A DNA stretch of 64,000 nucleotides from an uncultured virus (IMG/VR IMGVR_UViG_3300025849_000012) (lineage: Duplodnaviria; Heunggongvirae; Uroviricota; Caudoviricetes). Of this stretch, positions 17,341 through 27,952 are shown piece after piece. Position 1 is the stretch's first letter. Every line of letters starts with the position of its first letter. Both the position numbers and the translations under genes were made by a program. Below the pieces are notes generated by a model that was not told the DNA's origin, did no database searches, and saw only the letters and a program-made list of their open reading frames with translations. The stretch lies in IMG/VR virus record IMGVR_UViG_3300025849_000012; one strand, given 5' to 3'.

Positions 17341-18716
17341 TGCCAGATACACAATTCAATCCGGGCTCGGCAGACGTTACCGAAGCTATAATGACTTCGC
17401 ACGATGGCAAAGAACAAAACATTACTGCGCAAATTGTTTCGTTCAGCTTAAGCCAGTCAATGGACACGAGCTATAGTGGAACACTTACTCTACTTGATAG
17501 TATTAGTTTACTTGAAGGGTTTCCAATACGTGGTGAAGAAGCAATACGGATAAAAATAATTGGCCACGATTATGGTACAGAAATTAATCTTAAAGTGCAT
17601 GTATATAGTATTGATAATATTCAGCCAAGTGAATCTACATCATCAGTATTATTTAATATGAATTTTGTTTCCAATATATCATATAATGCTTCAAGGCGTA
17701 GAATTATTAAAGCATATACAAATAAAACTATGGATACAATTTCTCAGTTTATGTTTCATACTTATTTTGCCAAGGTTGGTGCAAAAGATACGATAGATCC
17801 ACAAACAGAAAGAAAGTTAGCATTTAATAGTTATAGGTTACCTATTATTGAAGAACCAGAACGTAGCTTCATAGTACAACCAACTGCAAACATGACTGAT
17901 TGTATTATTCCTAATATGATACCGACTGAAGCTATGGACTTTATATCAAAACAAAGCTATCAACCTGAAACACCATCATGTTCTTTTAGATTTTTTGAAA
18001 CACTTGATAATTATTATTTTGCTACCGACGAATTCTTTATTAAAACTGCAGAGACTAGAGACTTAAGGCATTTGTTTTATTCACCGGCTGCATCTAACGA
18101 CCAAAGAAATCCTGCAGATTTAATTGAAAGAATTGACGATTTAACAATAATGAATAAAGGTTTAAATACCGCGGCAGACATGTTTTCTGGCGCATATAGA
18201 AATAAGACTACTGAAATTGATTTGATTAGGCGTAAAATTAATATACGCCAATGGGGTTATGATAAGAATGCTAAGTATATTGATATGAGTGGTAATCCAA
18301 GAGATACTGATGATGATACACATACTTCTAGTTTTAGAAAAGACACGTTTACAGAAGAAAACGCTAAAGACTTTTTAGTATTTAAAGATTATCAACAGAA
18401 CGGTGATATACCTAGTACACTACATACTGATAGATTTATTTCAGAAATTGTTGGAAATAGAATTTCATATAAACACCACTTAAATAAAACCATGCTTGGC
18501 GCAAAAATGAAAGGTCGATTGGATCTTCGTCCTGGAATGTTAGTTAATTTAAGTATTAAAAATTTAGATGGCATTGATGATGCAAAAAGAAATACTACAC
18601 TATCAGGTCGTTATTTAATTAATACAGTTAATCATAACCGCGATGATAAAGGTACACTTCATTGTGGTTTAGTATTACAGAAATTTGGTTGGAGCAGAGG
18701 TGACATCGATGTTTGA
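17340..18716 (+). CDS. baseplate hub protein (gp27/VgrG N-terminal-like)
   Basis: Lies between gp53 and gp5; FPIRGEE, FRFFET, LRPGMLV, SGRYLI..VNH. Confidence 0.65.
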   Translation: MPDTQFNPGSADVTEAIMTSHDGKEQNITAQIVSFSLSQSMDTSYSGTLTLLDSISLLEGFPIRGEEAIRIKIIGHDYGTEINLKVHVYSIDNIQPSESTSSVLFNMNFVSNISYNASRRRIIKAYTNKTMDTISQFMFHTYFAKVGAKDTIDPQTERKLAFNSYRLPIIEEPERSFIVQPTANMTDCIIPNMIPTEAMDFISKQSYQPETPSCSFRFFETLDNYYFATDEFFIKTAETRDLRHLFYSPAASNDQRNPADLIERIDDLTIMNKGLNTAADMFSGAYRNKTTEIDLIRRKINIRQWGYDKNAKYIDMSGNPRDTDDDTHTSSFRKDTFTEENAKDFLVFKDYQQNGDIPSTLHTDRFISEIVGNRISYKHHLNKTMLGAKMKGRLDLRPGMLVNLSIKNLDGIDDAKRNTTLSGRYLINTVNHNRDDKGTLHCGLVLQKFGWSRGDIDV

Positions 18717-20733
18717 TTATGGTAAAGGAATACGAAATCCATTATTTTTCGTAGGTGTTGTTGAGGAAGTCGTAGATCCTAGAAGAGAAGGTCGTGTTAA
18801 AGTACGTGCGTTTGGTACACATGGATTAAACACAGATATTCGTAAAGAAGATTTACCTTGGGCTATATGTGTCAAAGGTGATTACGATCCTAACGGTACA
18901 ATTGGTAGTGGTATACCTGCTTTAAATAGTTTTGTATTTGGAATGTTTTTAGATGGAATTGGCGCTCAACAACCAATGGTACTTGGTTTGATCCCAACTC
19001 AATATACTGAGCCAGTTGATCCTGTAAAAAATGGCTATGGTGCGATACCAAGAAAGAATGCAGAATTACTTATGCGTGGTTCAGCACCAGAAGATTTTGG
19101 TCAACCTCAAAACTCTAGAAGATCGCGTGGTGAATATTCACACGAAACTCAGGTAACAGACCAAAATGCAAACAGAACTGAAAACATTGGTATTGCTGGA
19201 ACAGAAACAACTTGGTCCGAACCATCATCGTCATATAATCCTCAATATCCATTTAACAAAGTTATTGAATCGGGTTCTCACGTTATTGAATTAGATGATA
19301 CTAAAGGTGCAGAACGTATTTCCATATACCATAAATCAGGTTCTTATATGCAAATAGACCACCGCGGTGTTACTATTAATAAATCAGTTGACGACCAATA
19401 CACTGTATTAGATAGAAATGAACACAAGGTTGTTGGAAAAAGTGGCGGCAGCGGGTTTAGCACAGTAACGATTAATGGTAATTCATACGTTAAAGTTAAT
19501 GGTCATAAAACAGAACAAATCCAAGGTGATTATAAAGTTGAGGTTGGCGGTAATTATTACCTTGATATAGCAAAGCAAGGTTCAATCAATGCTGGGTTAC
19601 AATTTCAAGCAAGGGCAGCCGACGTGAAAATCGAGGCTAATGTTAGTAACTTGTCTATTAAAGCTGAAAAAGAAATTCAAATACAATCTGGTCAAGCTAC
19701 TGCAATTAAATCTGATTATGTTTATATGCAAGCATTAACAGAACTCAATATGAAGGCAGCGCTTAATAAAATAGAAGGTACTGACGGTATTGAAATGTAT
19801 GGCGAAGCTATTGAAATTACTGGTACTGATAGAATTGATATTTCAGGTGACCAAGGTGTAATAATTGGTTCAGAAAGCGACATCAGTATTAATACTCCAA
19901 CCACTGTTCATATTGATACAAATGTTAATATGGCTAATGACGCTGCAGAAACTCCGAGTGTTTGTTTACCTGTTGACGAAGGCCAAGATGCTACAGATAT
20001 TGAAATGCCACCACCAAATGTTGAGAAAATTATACTTTCCTTTGGAGATCCAGAATCAACTGGCGGCGGTAATGGTGTAACAGCAGGCGACGACCAGGAA
20101 TATCCAATTATCACGCCTACAGATGATTTGCCATCGACAGCAGTAACTCAAAATGAATTTACACCTCTGCTTGATATTATTGCAGAAGTTGAACAAGAAA
20201 AAAGAAAAAGTAAAATTTTCAGAGGATATGATAGTATATCCAATCAAATACCAGATGCTCTTATACCAAGTAAGCCTATCACTCAAATGACTATTGGAGA
20301 ATTATTAGATTACCAAGAAAGAATTGATGACGTGAGTAACTCTGAAGCCATGGGTCGTTATCAATTTGTTGAAGATACATTAAGAGGATTTAATAACCAA
20401 GATCCTAGCGCAGGTAGAGAAACACCTATATATGAAAAGGCTGGTTTAACCAAAGCTGATTTGTTTAGTGCACAAAACCAAGATAAAATAGCTATAGCAC
20501 GGTTTAAGTTCCGTGGTATGGACAAATTCTTAAATAATGAAATAAGTATAATTAGGTTTGCAAATAATTTATCTAAAGAGTGGGCAGCATTACCACTCGT
20601 GTCTGGTCCAAATGCAGGTAAAAGCTATCATGCTGGTGATGGATTAAATAAATCAGCTGACAATTATATTAAAATAGTTTTGGATACATTAAAGGCGCTT
20701 AATCCTAAATGGGAGGAGTATTACAAAAAATGA
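18709..20733 (+). CDS. gp5: baseplate spike gp5 (OB fold and beta-helix) with a C-terminal lysozyme domain
   Basis: GVVE..DPRREGRVKVRAFG, LPWA, YPFNKVIESGSHVIELDDT..ERI..YHKSG; C-terminal MGRYQF..TL, FSAQNQD, LSKEWAALP. Confidence 0.88.
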   Translation: MFDYGKGIRNPLFFVGVVEEVVDPRREGRVKVRAFGTHGLNTDIRKEDLPWAICVKGDYDPNGTIGSGIPALNSFVFGMFLDGIGAQQPMVLGLIPTQYTEPVDPVKNGYGAIPRKNAELLMRGSAPEDFGQPQNSRRSRGEYSHETQVTDQNANRTENIGIAGTETTWSEPSSSYNPQYPFNKVIESGSHVIELDDTKGAERISIYHKSGSYMQIDHRGVTINKSVDDQYTVLDRNEHKVVGKSGGSGFSTVTINGNSYVKVNGHKTEQIQGDYKVEVGGNYYLDIAKQGSINAGLQFQARAADVKIEANVSNLSIKAEKEIQIQSGQATAIKSDYVYMQALTELNMKAALNKIEGTDGIEMYGEAIEITGTDRIDISGDQGVIIGSESDISINTPTTVHIDTNVNMANDAAETPSVCLPVDEGQDATDIEMPPPNVEKIILSFGDPESTGGGNGVTAGDDQEYPIITPTDDLPSTAVTQNEFTPLLDIIAEVEQEKRKSKIFRGYDSISNQIPDALIPSKPITQMTIGELLDYQERIDDVSNSEAMGRYQFVEDTLRGFNNQDPSAGRETPIYEKAGLTKADLFSAQNQDKIAIARFKFRGMDKFLNNEISIIRFANNLSKEWAALPLVSGPNAGKSYHAGDGLNKSADNYIKIVLDTLKALNPKWEEYYKK

Positions 20734-22445
20734 TAGACAACTGTTTAACACCTGACGTAAATAGAGTAGAAACCTCTTCCATTACAAATACAACAAACGG
20801 TAATGGCGAATACACCTTATCGCAAATTTCAGTGTTTGAAAAAGATTTTAGAAAAAATATTAGTAACACAGAGTTTGGTAATCCATTAACTCGAGCAGTA
20901 AATAAGTATCCAGATTTCTACGAAAACCTTAATAAAATTAATCTTATTTTAGATTCTGATAATATTAAAGAAAGAATTCCTAAATACGAAGTCCTTACAA
21001 TTAAACAAACAAAACTTGGTAAAGTATCTCTTTCACCAATTGAATTTGCCGAATATATTAAAGATAATAATTTAACTCCTATAACTGCTAACTTTATTGC
21101 AAATCAAAACCCTCCTAAATTTTTACAAAGCATTGATGATTATTTAAGAGATGGATTTGCTAATTCTGTTATGGGTGGTTTCTGTGGATTAATGCCAAAT
21201 GTATTTGGAGCCATTGGCGCTTTCTTTGGTATTATTGGATCAATAGACAATGTAATTGCTGACGCACTTAGCTCTCTTAATAAAATAAGAAATGCTTTAA
21301 ATCCATTATTGGCTGCCTTTGACCTTATAAAAGTTCAAGCACTTATTAATAAAATAAAAGATAAAATAACCAAAACGATTATGGGTGTTATTAATAAAAT
21401 TCAAAGCGCGGTTGAAAATTTTAGTATTGCTAATGTTATTAGTCAAGTTGAAAGTTTGGTTGCCAATACAGTAGGTGCAACCTTATTTAAATTACAAGAA
21501 AGTATTATGAGATTTTTTAGTGAAGAAAATAAACAAGCTATTGTGCGTAAACTTAATGGAATGATTGATTACGCAGTGGGTTTATTTGATAACCCATCAG
21601 TAGAAGAAATAATGTTTTTAATCAGTAGAATATGTGGCTTTGCTGCAGGTATGGAAACACTTATTAGTGGACTTAAAGATCCGTTAGATACAACTGCAAA
21701 CCAATTTATTAATGGTGTTACTATGATGAAATCAAACTCAGGTATAATTACAGGAGACGTAGTTGCTGCTGGCGGAATACGAATGGACGATTCTTATAGA
21801 GCAGAAATGATTAGACAAGCAAAAAATAAATTAGTTGAAGCAGGTAATGACGAGCCTATTCCTGACGAAACTTATAACAACATACCTACGTGGGATGAAA
21901 TAGTTACACAAAGGCATCCTAAAATTCGACTTCACCCAACTTCAAATCTTACAAGAGAAGGTTGGGAAGGTTTAACACCAGAAACAAAAGCTTCTCTTAT
22001 ATTGTTATGGGATAAGGCAGGACTTAAAAGACCGTTTTCTTGTCGTAGTTTCTTTAGATCGCAAACTCATCAGGATAGATTATATATAGAAATGCTTGAA
22101 AAAGAAGGTAGCGATAATGGTACAGTTGCAAAAACTTCTATGCACACATCTGGTATTGCGGTAGATTTATCGTGGTCAGGGTTTGATCCTTATTCCAAAG
22201 AAACAGATGATTTTATTATTGTTGCTAGAAGCTTAGGGTTTAATGGCATCATTCGTTATAACAGTTTTTTACATATAGATCGTAGATCGTACGAAATTAA
22301 TTTAGATTTCCGTACTATTATAAAATCAAAACTACCAGACCTACAGTCTGAAACTACAAGAGCTCTGGCTCCAATTATGACACCTCGCGGCCCACTACCA
22401 ACAGACGAATTTTTAGATCAGATTGAAGCTATTTTAAATGAATGA
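20730..22445 (+). CDS. virion-associated protein with a C-terminal peptidase M15 domain
   Basis: SFFRS..HQ, SMHTSGIAVDL and FLHIDRR Zn-peptidase motifs; long helical N-terminal region. Confidence 0.7.
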   Translation: MIDNCLTPDVNRVETSSITNTTNGNGEYTLSQISVFEKDFRKNISNTEFGNPLTRAVNKYPDFYENLNKINLILDSDNIKERIPKYEVLTIKQTKLGKVSLSPIEFAEYIKDNNLTPITANFIANQNPPKFLQSIDDYLRDGFANSVMGGFCGLMPNVFGAIGAFFGIIGSIDNVIADALSSLNKIRNALNPLLAAFDLIKVQALINKIKDKITKTIMGVINKIQSAVENFSIANVISQVESLVANTVGATLFKLQESIMRFFSEENKQAIVRKLNGMIDYAVGLFDNPSVEEIMFLISRICGFAAGMETLISGLKDPLDTTANQFINGVTMMKSNSGIITGDVVAAGGIRMDDSYRAEMIRQAKNKLVEAGNDEPIPDETYNNIPTWDEIVTQRHPKIRLHPTSNLTREGWEGLTPETKASLILLWDKAGLKRPFSCRSFFRSQTHQDRLYIEMLEKEGSDNGTVAKTSMHTSGIAVDLSWSGFDPYSKETDDFIIVARSLGFNGIIRYNSFLHIDRRSYEINLDFRTIIKSKLPDLQSETTRALAPIMTPRGPLPTDEFLDQIEAILNE

Positions 22446-22446
22446 T

Positions 22447-22454
22447 TATAAATA
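22447..22454 (+). promoter_or_regulatory. T4-type late promoter
   Basis: TATAAATA upstream of gp25. Confidence 0.7.
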
Positions 22455-22479
22455 ACTATAAAGCATCGGATACCAATCA

Positions 22480-22896
22480 ATGGTTGTAAATTTATTAACG
22501 CAGAGACAAAAGAAAATCTCTATATACTCTGACTTCAAGAAGAACCTTGAGGTCAGTCCATTATCGTTAGATTTAACTCTTAATAAAGATGAAGATGCAG
22601 TAAAAGAATCAATTATAAACTTATTATTAACTGACCGTGGTGAAAGACTAATGCAGCCAGCACTTGGCGGTAATTTAAGAGCAATGTTATTTGAAAACAT
22701 AACACCTGGCGTAATGGTAATGATTGAGGATCAAGTAAGAACAACACTCGACTTGTATGAACCAAGAGCAGAGGTTATTGACGTTAATGTAACTTCAAAT
22801 ATCGACGATAACGTTGTTAAGATACAAATTGAATTTTACATATCAAATAATCAACAACCCATATCTGTTGATGTATTTTTAGAGAGGACTCGGTAA
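22480..22896 (+). CDS. gp25: baseplate wedge subunit
   Basis: YSDF, AVKESIINLLLTDRGERLMQP, LFEN, YEPRA. Confidence 0.92.
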   Translation: MVVNLLTQRQKKISIYSDFKKNLEVSPLSLDLTLNKDEDAVKESIINLLLTDRGERLMQPALGGNLRAMLFENITPGVMVMIEDQVRTTLDLYEPRAEVIDVNVTSNIDDNVVKIQIEFYISNNQQPISVDVFLERTR

Positions 22897-24699
22897 ATGG
22901 CCAAGTTAAACATTTCAGAATTAGATTTTGACGCGGTCAAAACTCAATTTAAACAATATTTACAATCACAGACTCAATTTAAAGATTATAACTTTGAGGG
23001 TTCAAACATGTCAGTATTGCTTGACGTGTTGGCATACAATACATACCAAAATAACTTCTATACAAATATGGCAGTTAATGAAATGTTCCTTGACTCTGCC
23101 GTATTAAGAAACTCTATTGTTTCGCATGCAAAAGAATTAAACTATTTACCAAGATCTAGGCGATCGGCAAAGGCTATCGTTAAGGTTACGATTACAGACG
23201 AGAATGCTGAAGGTCAATCAATTACAATTCCTCAGTACTCGCCTTTCACAACTGTTTATAATGGTGAAAACTTTGAATTTGTAACCAATGAAATGTACGT
23301 TGCCAAGAAAACTGCACCAAGAACATTCGTTGCTGAAAACGTTGAAATCTTTGAAGGGCAAATGCTAGCCAGTTTTGAACGTGAAGGTTTCTTTGTTGAC
23401 GACGATGGCATTTTAAGGGTAACACTTTCAAACGAAAACGCAGACACTGAGTCTATTTCTGTATTCGTTGACGCTGAAGCTACTGAAAACGAAAATGTAT
23501 TTCTACGTAAGAATGATATTTTTGGTGTAGGACCAACAGATAAAGTATTTTATATTGAACCATACATTGATGGGCGATATACGATTTACTTTGGTAATAA
23601 TGTATTTGGTTTTCAACCACAAGAATTTGAGGATATTAGAGTACGTTATAGAATTACATCAGGCGTTGAAGGTAATGGAGCGTTTTCTTTCTCACTAGTA
23701 ACTTCTACAGGTTCGGCGGTAGTTGAAACGATACAGAGCGCAAGCAATGGTGCTGAACGTGAGTCAATGGAAAGTATTAGATACTTTGCTCCAAAATCAT
23801 TACAGATACAAGAACGTGCAGTAACAACATCTGATTATGAAATCTTATTAAAATCAAACTTCCCTGAAATCCAATCAGTTGCTGCGTACGGCGGTGAGGA
23901 TTTAGAACCTCCACAGTTTGGTAAGGTTGCGATTTCAATATATCTTGGTCAAAACCAAACGAGTTTATCTACGACGTTATCAAATACTTATATTGAGTAT
24001 TTAAAAGATAGAAGCCCGTTGGCTATTGAACCTGTATTTGTTCCATCAAAGTTCCTATATGGTTGTACAACAGTCAATGTTACATATAACTCAAAACTTA
24101 CAAGTAAATCTGAAGGTGACTTAGAGATATTAATAAGAGACGCAATTAAACTCTATAGTGATACTTATTTAGATGACTTTAATACTTTTGCAAGAATTTC
24201 CAAAATAACTACATCTATTGATGCTTTAGAAAACGCAATCATTGGTACATCAGTTAGTATTATGCCTTATATTGAGTATTCACCAGCCTTAGGTATTGCT
24301 CTTAATCCATCGTTTAAGTTTGAAGCTGCACTTGTTAAGCCATATCCTTTTGACAAATCTGATGGATTTGATAATTATAAACCAGCAATTAAGAGTGGTG
24401 TATATACACTCGATGGTACTGACGTATATTTACAAGACGATGGCCGAGGTAATATTCAAGTTATTGCTAACGATATCGCAAACCCTAAAGTTCTCAAACC
24501 TATCGTTGGTAGTGTTGATTATAAAACAGGTGAAGTTAACTTAGTAGGGTTTATTGCTAATAGCTTTGTCGGATCAGGTATTAAAATACAGGCCAATACA
24601 ATATCAAATGATATTAAAGCACCAGCAGGAAGAATATTTGGAATTAAAAATTCTGATGTAACAATTAAACTTACAGGTTCACAAACAAATGCCCGTTAG
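22897..24699 (+). CDS. gp6: baseplate wedge subunit
   Basis: ELDFD, FKDYNFEGSNMSVLLDVLAYNTY, NEMFLDSA, QERAVTTSDY. Confidence 0.92.
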   Translation: MAKLNISELDFDAVKTQFKQYLQSQTQFKDYNFEGSNMSVLLDVLAYNTYQNNFYTNMAVNEMFLDSAVLRNSIVSHAKELNYLPRSRRSAKAIVKVTITDENAEGQSITIPQYSPFTTVYNGENFEFVTNEMYVAKKTAPRTFVAENVEIFEGQMLASFEREGFFVDDDGILRVTLSNENADTESISVFVDAEATENENVFLRKNDIFGVGPTDKVFYIEPYIDGRYTIYFGNNVFGFQPQEFEDIRVRYRITSGVEGNGAFSFSLVTSTGSAVVETIQSASNGAERESMESIRYFAPKSLQIQERAVTTSDYEILLKSNFPEIQSVAAYGGEDLEPPQFGKVAISIYLGQNQTSLSTTLSNTYIEYLKDRSPLAIEPVFVPSKFLYGCTTVNVTYNSKLTSKSEGDLEILIRDAIKLYSDTYLDDFNTFARISKITTSIDALENAIIGTSVSIMPYIEYSPALGIALNPSFKFEAALVKPYPFDKSDGFDNYKPAIKSGVYTLDGTDVYLQDDGRGNIQVIANDIANPKVLKPIVGSVDYKTGEVNLVGFIANSFVGSGIKIQANTISNDIKAPAGRIFGIKNSDVTIKLTGSQTNAR

Positions 24700-26944
24700 C
24701 AATACCAAAGAAGTAGAAAAGCAAATATCTTTTAAAATCGCGCAACAATTTCCTGCGATTTATAGGGAGAATAATGATGAGCTTGTTTCACTTGTTACTG
24801 ATTATTATAAATTTTTAGAAACAACTCCTAACCAATCAATATATAATGCAAGAAGGATGTTTGAATACCGCGATATTACTACAACATTATCGAGTATGAT
24901 TTTATTCTTTCAGAAAAAGTTTTTAGCAGACTTACCTTTATTAGAAGATAGTAGTGTACGGTTAGTTGTTAAAAACATATTGGATTTATATAGACGTAAA
25001 GGTTCAGCGTCTAGTGTTATCTTATTCTTTAGAATGTTTTACCAAGAAGATGTTGAAATATTTAATCCTTCTAAATACATTTTAAAACCGTCTACATCTA
25101 AGTGGCAGACTGGTAATTATTTACAGATGATACCAAACAATGGATTGTTTTACGATTCAACCGGAGAAAAATATTACGAATATTTTGATTTATTAAGTAA
25201 AACAATTGTTGGATCTACATCAAAGGCAACGGCCGCAGTTGATAAAATTAACTTTATTCTTTTAAATAATACTCTTACACCAATTTTATATCTGTCTGAT
25301 GTAAAGGGTACGTTTAAAAGGTACGACGATATTGTAGCTCGTGTCGATGGTAAAGATGTATCCTTCGGTGTATTAAATGGCTCAGCTTCTGATGTTATTG
25401 TTGACCTTGACTTTGGTGGTACCATAGGTAATGAAGTTGGCGATGAAGTTTATATTAAAAGTGATTATGGTGTTGGAGGTGTAGCCCTCGTTACTGACAC
25501 AGAAGACCAGTTTACAGGCATAGTCGATTATAAAGTAACTGATGGCGGATTTGGATATACGATAGCTAATACAAGACTTGAAGTTTCAAACCAAGTTATT
25601 ATTTTAAATAATCCAGACTTATCATTTGTTCTATTAGAAAGAATAACTGATAGCGGTGGTAATACGGGAACAGTTATTGGTCAAAATTCTTCAGCCGTTG
25701 GTATTAAAATGGATGTTGGCAATACTTTAAATATAGCACGAGATATTTCAACACTAGACAGAACACCAAACATTACGCTCACTGGAATATTTACTATATC
25801 TGATAAGAATGACAGTTCACCTGGATTATTATATCCGGATACAAATGATATAACAGATGTTAAGGTCGAGTCTCTTTCTAATATTGAAAATATTTCTTTA
25901 ATTACTGACCCTATTGCACCATTCCTTGCCGTTACTTTAAACGCGGCAAACTATAATGCTGCCCCTGCGACCCAGCCTATGTCAGGTTTGACAGATCCCG
26001 TAACATTAAGTACTGTCATTGAAGACGCTTTTGCCTTGACGCCACTAGAAATTGGAACAATTAATGATTTTGAAAATATTGATCCAGGAATAGATTACTT
26101 AAACGATGTGTTTACATTAGTCAGAGACGAAGTAATGATTGCGTTTGACAGATACGAACAGAGATTAATTATAAATCCATTTAGTGCTGCGTTTTCAGTA
26201 GGAGATAGTGTTACTCAGCCATCAACAGGTGTATCTGGTATTATAACGGCTATTAATGTTGACAGAGGGTTTATTCAAGTTCGACCATATGCATACTATG
26301 GATTTGTAACTGCTGACATTATGCATGAAGGTACATCTTACACAGTTATAGCAACTGAAAGAGATTATTCGTCTGAATTACTTGGCGCAAATGCCGATGT
26401 ACAATCGCGTACTCAATTTGCTACAGGTAGAATATCTGAAGTAAAAGTTACAAACTCTGGCTTCGGTTATTTAAACGAAGAAATAGTATTCCTTACAAAC
26501 GAAGCTGGTGAAACATTAGCTAAGGGTCAATTATTTGCAGACTCTCAAGGTATTACCGCAGGGTTCTGGGGAAGTGAAACCTCGCACGTAAATGGTTATA
26601 AAGTTGACGGAACATATTATGATAGTTCAAACAGAATACATGATTCTGACTTTTATCAGGAATACTCATATCAAATTAAATCAACTGTTGATTTTGATTC
26701 ATATAAAGAAACACTTAAACAGAATGTGCACCTAGCAGGTACTAGAATATTTGGTGCATTTGCATATAAAAAGAAACAAGTAGTTGGAGTTACTGCCAAG
26801 TTTGGTAGAACGATTAAAAACGATCCATTAATTGGCGGAGATCCAATAGTCGGACCAGATCAAGCACCAACTATTCCACGATATAGTTCAGATAGAACAA
26901 CAATTACAGTAGACTCAGTTAACTTAAAAGTTGACACAGTTTAA
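24689..26944 (+). CDS. gp7: baseplate wedge subunit (gp7-like)
   Basis: Follows gp6; QFPAIYRE, YRRKGS, GFGY repeats, IHDSDFYQEYSYQIKS, VHLAG. Confidence 0.75.
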   Translation: MPVSNTKEVEKQISFKIAQQFPAIYRENNDELVSLVTDYYKFLETTPNQSIYNARRMFEYRDITTTLSSMILFFQKKFLADLPLLEDSSVRLVVKNILDLYRRKGSASSVILFFRMFYQEDVEIFNPSKYILKPSTSKWQTGNYLQMIPNNGLFYDSTGEKYYEYFDLLSKTIVGSTSKATAAVDKINFILLNNTLTPILYLSDVKGTFKRYDDIVARVDGKDVSFGVLNGSASDVIVDLDFGGTIGNEVGDEVYIKSDYGVGGVALVTDTEDQFTGIVDYKVTDGGFGYTIANTRLEVSNQVIILNNPDLSFVLLERITDSGGNTGTVIGQNSSAVGIKMDVGNTLNIARDISTLDRTPNITLTGIFTISDKNDSSPGLLYPDTNDITDVKVESLSNIENISLITDPIAPFLAVTLNAANYNAAPATQPMSGLTDPVTLSTVIEDAFALTPLEIGTINDFENIDPGIDYLNDVFTLVRDEVMIAFDRYEQRLIINPFSAAFSVGDSVTQPSTGVSGIITAINVDRGFIQVRPYAYYGFVTADIMHEGTSYTVIATERDYSSELLGANADVQSRTQFATGRISEVKVTNSGFGYLNEEIVFLTNEAGETLAKGQLFADSQGITAGFWGSETSHVNGYKVDGTYYDSSNRIHDSDFYQEYSYQIKSTVDFDSYKETLKQNVHLAGTRIFGAFAYKKKQVVGVTAKFGRTIKNDPLIGGDPIVGPDQAPTIPRYSSDRTTITVDSVNLKVDTV

Positions 26945-26976
26945 TAAATAGATAGAAAAGACTTAGGAGCAAAATA

Positions 26977-27951
26977 ATGGTAAAGCAAACGATTGGCGTT
27001 GGATTGGTTGGTAACGATGGTCTCGGCGATCCATTACGAAATGCATTTGTTAAGGTTAACGAAAATTTTACAGAATTATACGACGATGCGTTTGATGGAG
27101 CATTTGCTTCATTAACCGGTAGACCAACAAGTTTATTATTCTATGTAAACGATGGCGCAAACAATCAAGTTCTTACAACTGACGGTAATGGAACAATAAC
27201 GTTTCAAAACGGGTATGGAAACACTGATGTTGATAGTCATTTAAATATAGGCAGTGCAGCCGCAAATCAAGTATTAGCTTGGTCAGGAACTGATTACGAA
27301 TGGGTTCCTCAAGCGTCAGGATCAGGTAGTGGTGGCGGTTTATCAAATACTGAAGTTATAAGTGTTGTAACTGGTTCAGATTTAGATATGGGTGGTAATA
27401 AAGTTTTATTTGGTAACGTATACCAAGCAGAAAATGACTTACCTGCCGCGGGAAGCTATCATGGTATGTTTGCTCACGTACATGGAACTGGTAAAGCATA
27501 TTACGCTCATGCAGGTGCCTGGGTTCGTTTAGCAGATTATTCCGAAGTTGGTGGAGGAGGCAGTGGTGGTTTATCAACACGAGCTGCCGTATCCGGTACA
27601 ACTGCCGCGATCGCAAACGGTGTCTCAACCGATATTGATATTGTTGGTCATAAGACATACGCATTAATGACTATTCAAACAAGCCATGCTGCGTGGGTAA
27701 CACTTTATACAAGTAACTCAGCAAGAGCGGCAGATAATTCTAGACTCGAAACAGAAGATCCTGCAACAGATGCTGGTATCATTGCCGAGGTAATTACTGC
27801 AGGTGCCGAAACTGTTATTATTGGGCCTGCAACCATTGGTTATAATTTAGAAAGTACTCCATCTACAAACATACCAGTCAAGGTAAGAAGTAAACATGGA
27901 TCATCAGTTGCGCATACAGTAACACTTAATGTTTTAAAACTAGAGGCATAA
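26977..27951 (+). CDS. virion structural protein with a gp9/gp10-like N-terminus
   Basis: KQTIGVG..NDGLGDPLRNAFVKVNENFTELY; His-rich YHGMFAHVHGTGKAYYAH segment. Confidence 0.65.
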   Translation: MVKQTIGVGLVGNDGLGDPLRNAFVKVNENFTELYDDAFDGAFASLTGRPTSLLFYVNDGANNQVLTTDGNGTITFQNGYGNTDVDSHLNIGSAAANQVLAWSGTDYEWVPQASGSGSGGGLSNTEVISVVTGSDLDMGGNKVLFGNVYQAENDLPAAGSYHGMFAHVHGTGKAYYAHAGAWVRLADYSEVGGGGSGGLSTRAAVSGTTAAIANGVSTDIDIVGHKTYALMTIQTSHAAWVTLYTSNSARAADNSRLETEDPATDAGIIAEVITAGAETVIIGPATIGYNLESTPSTNIPVKVRSKHGSSVAHTVTLNVLKLEA

Positions 27952-27952
27952 C

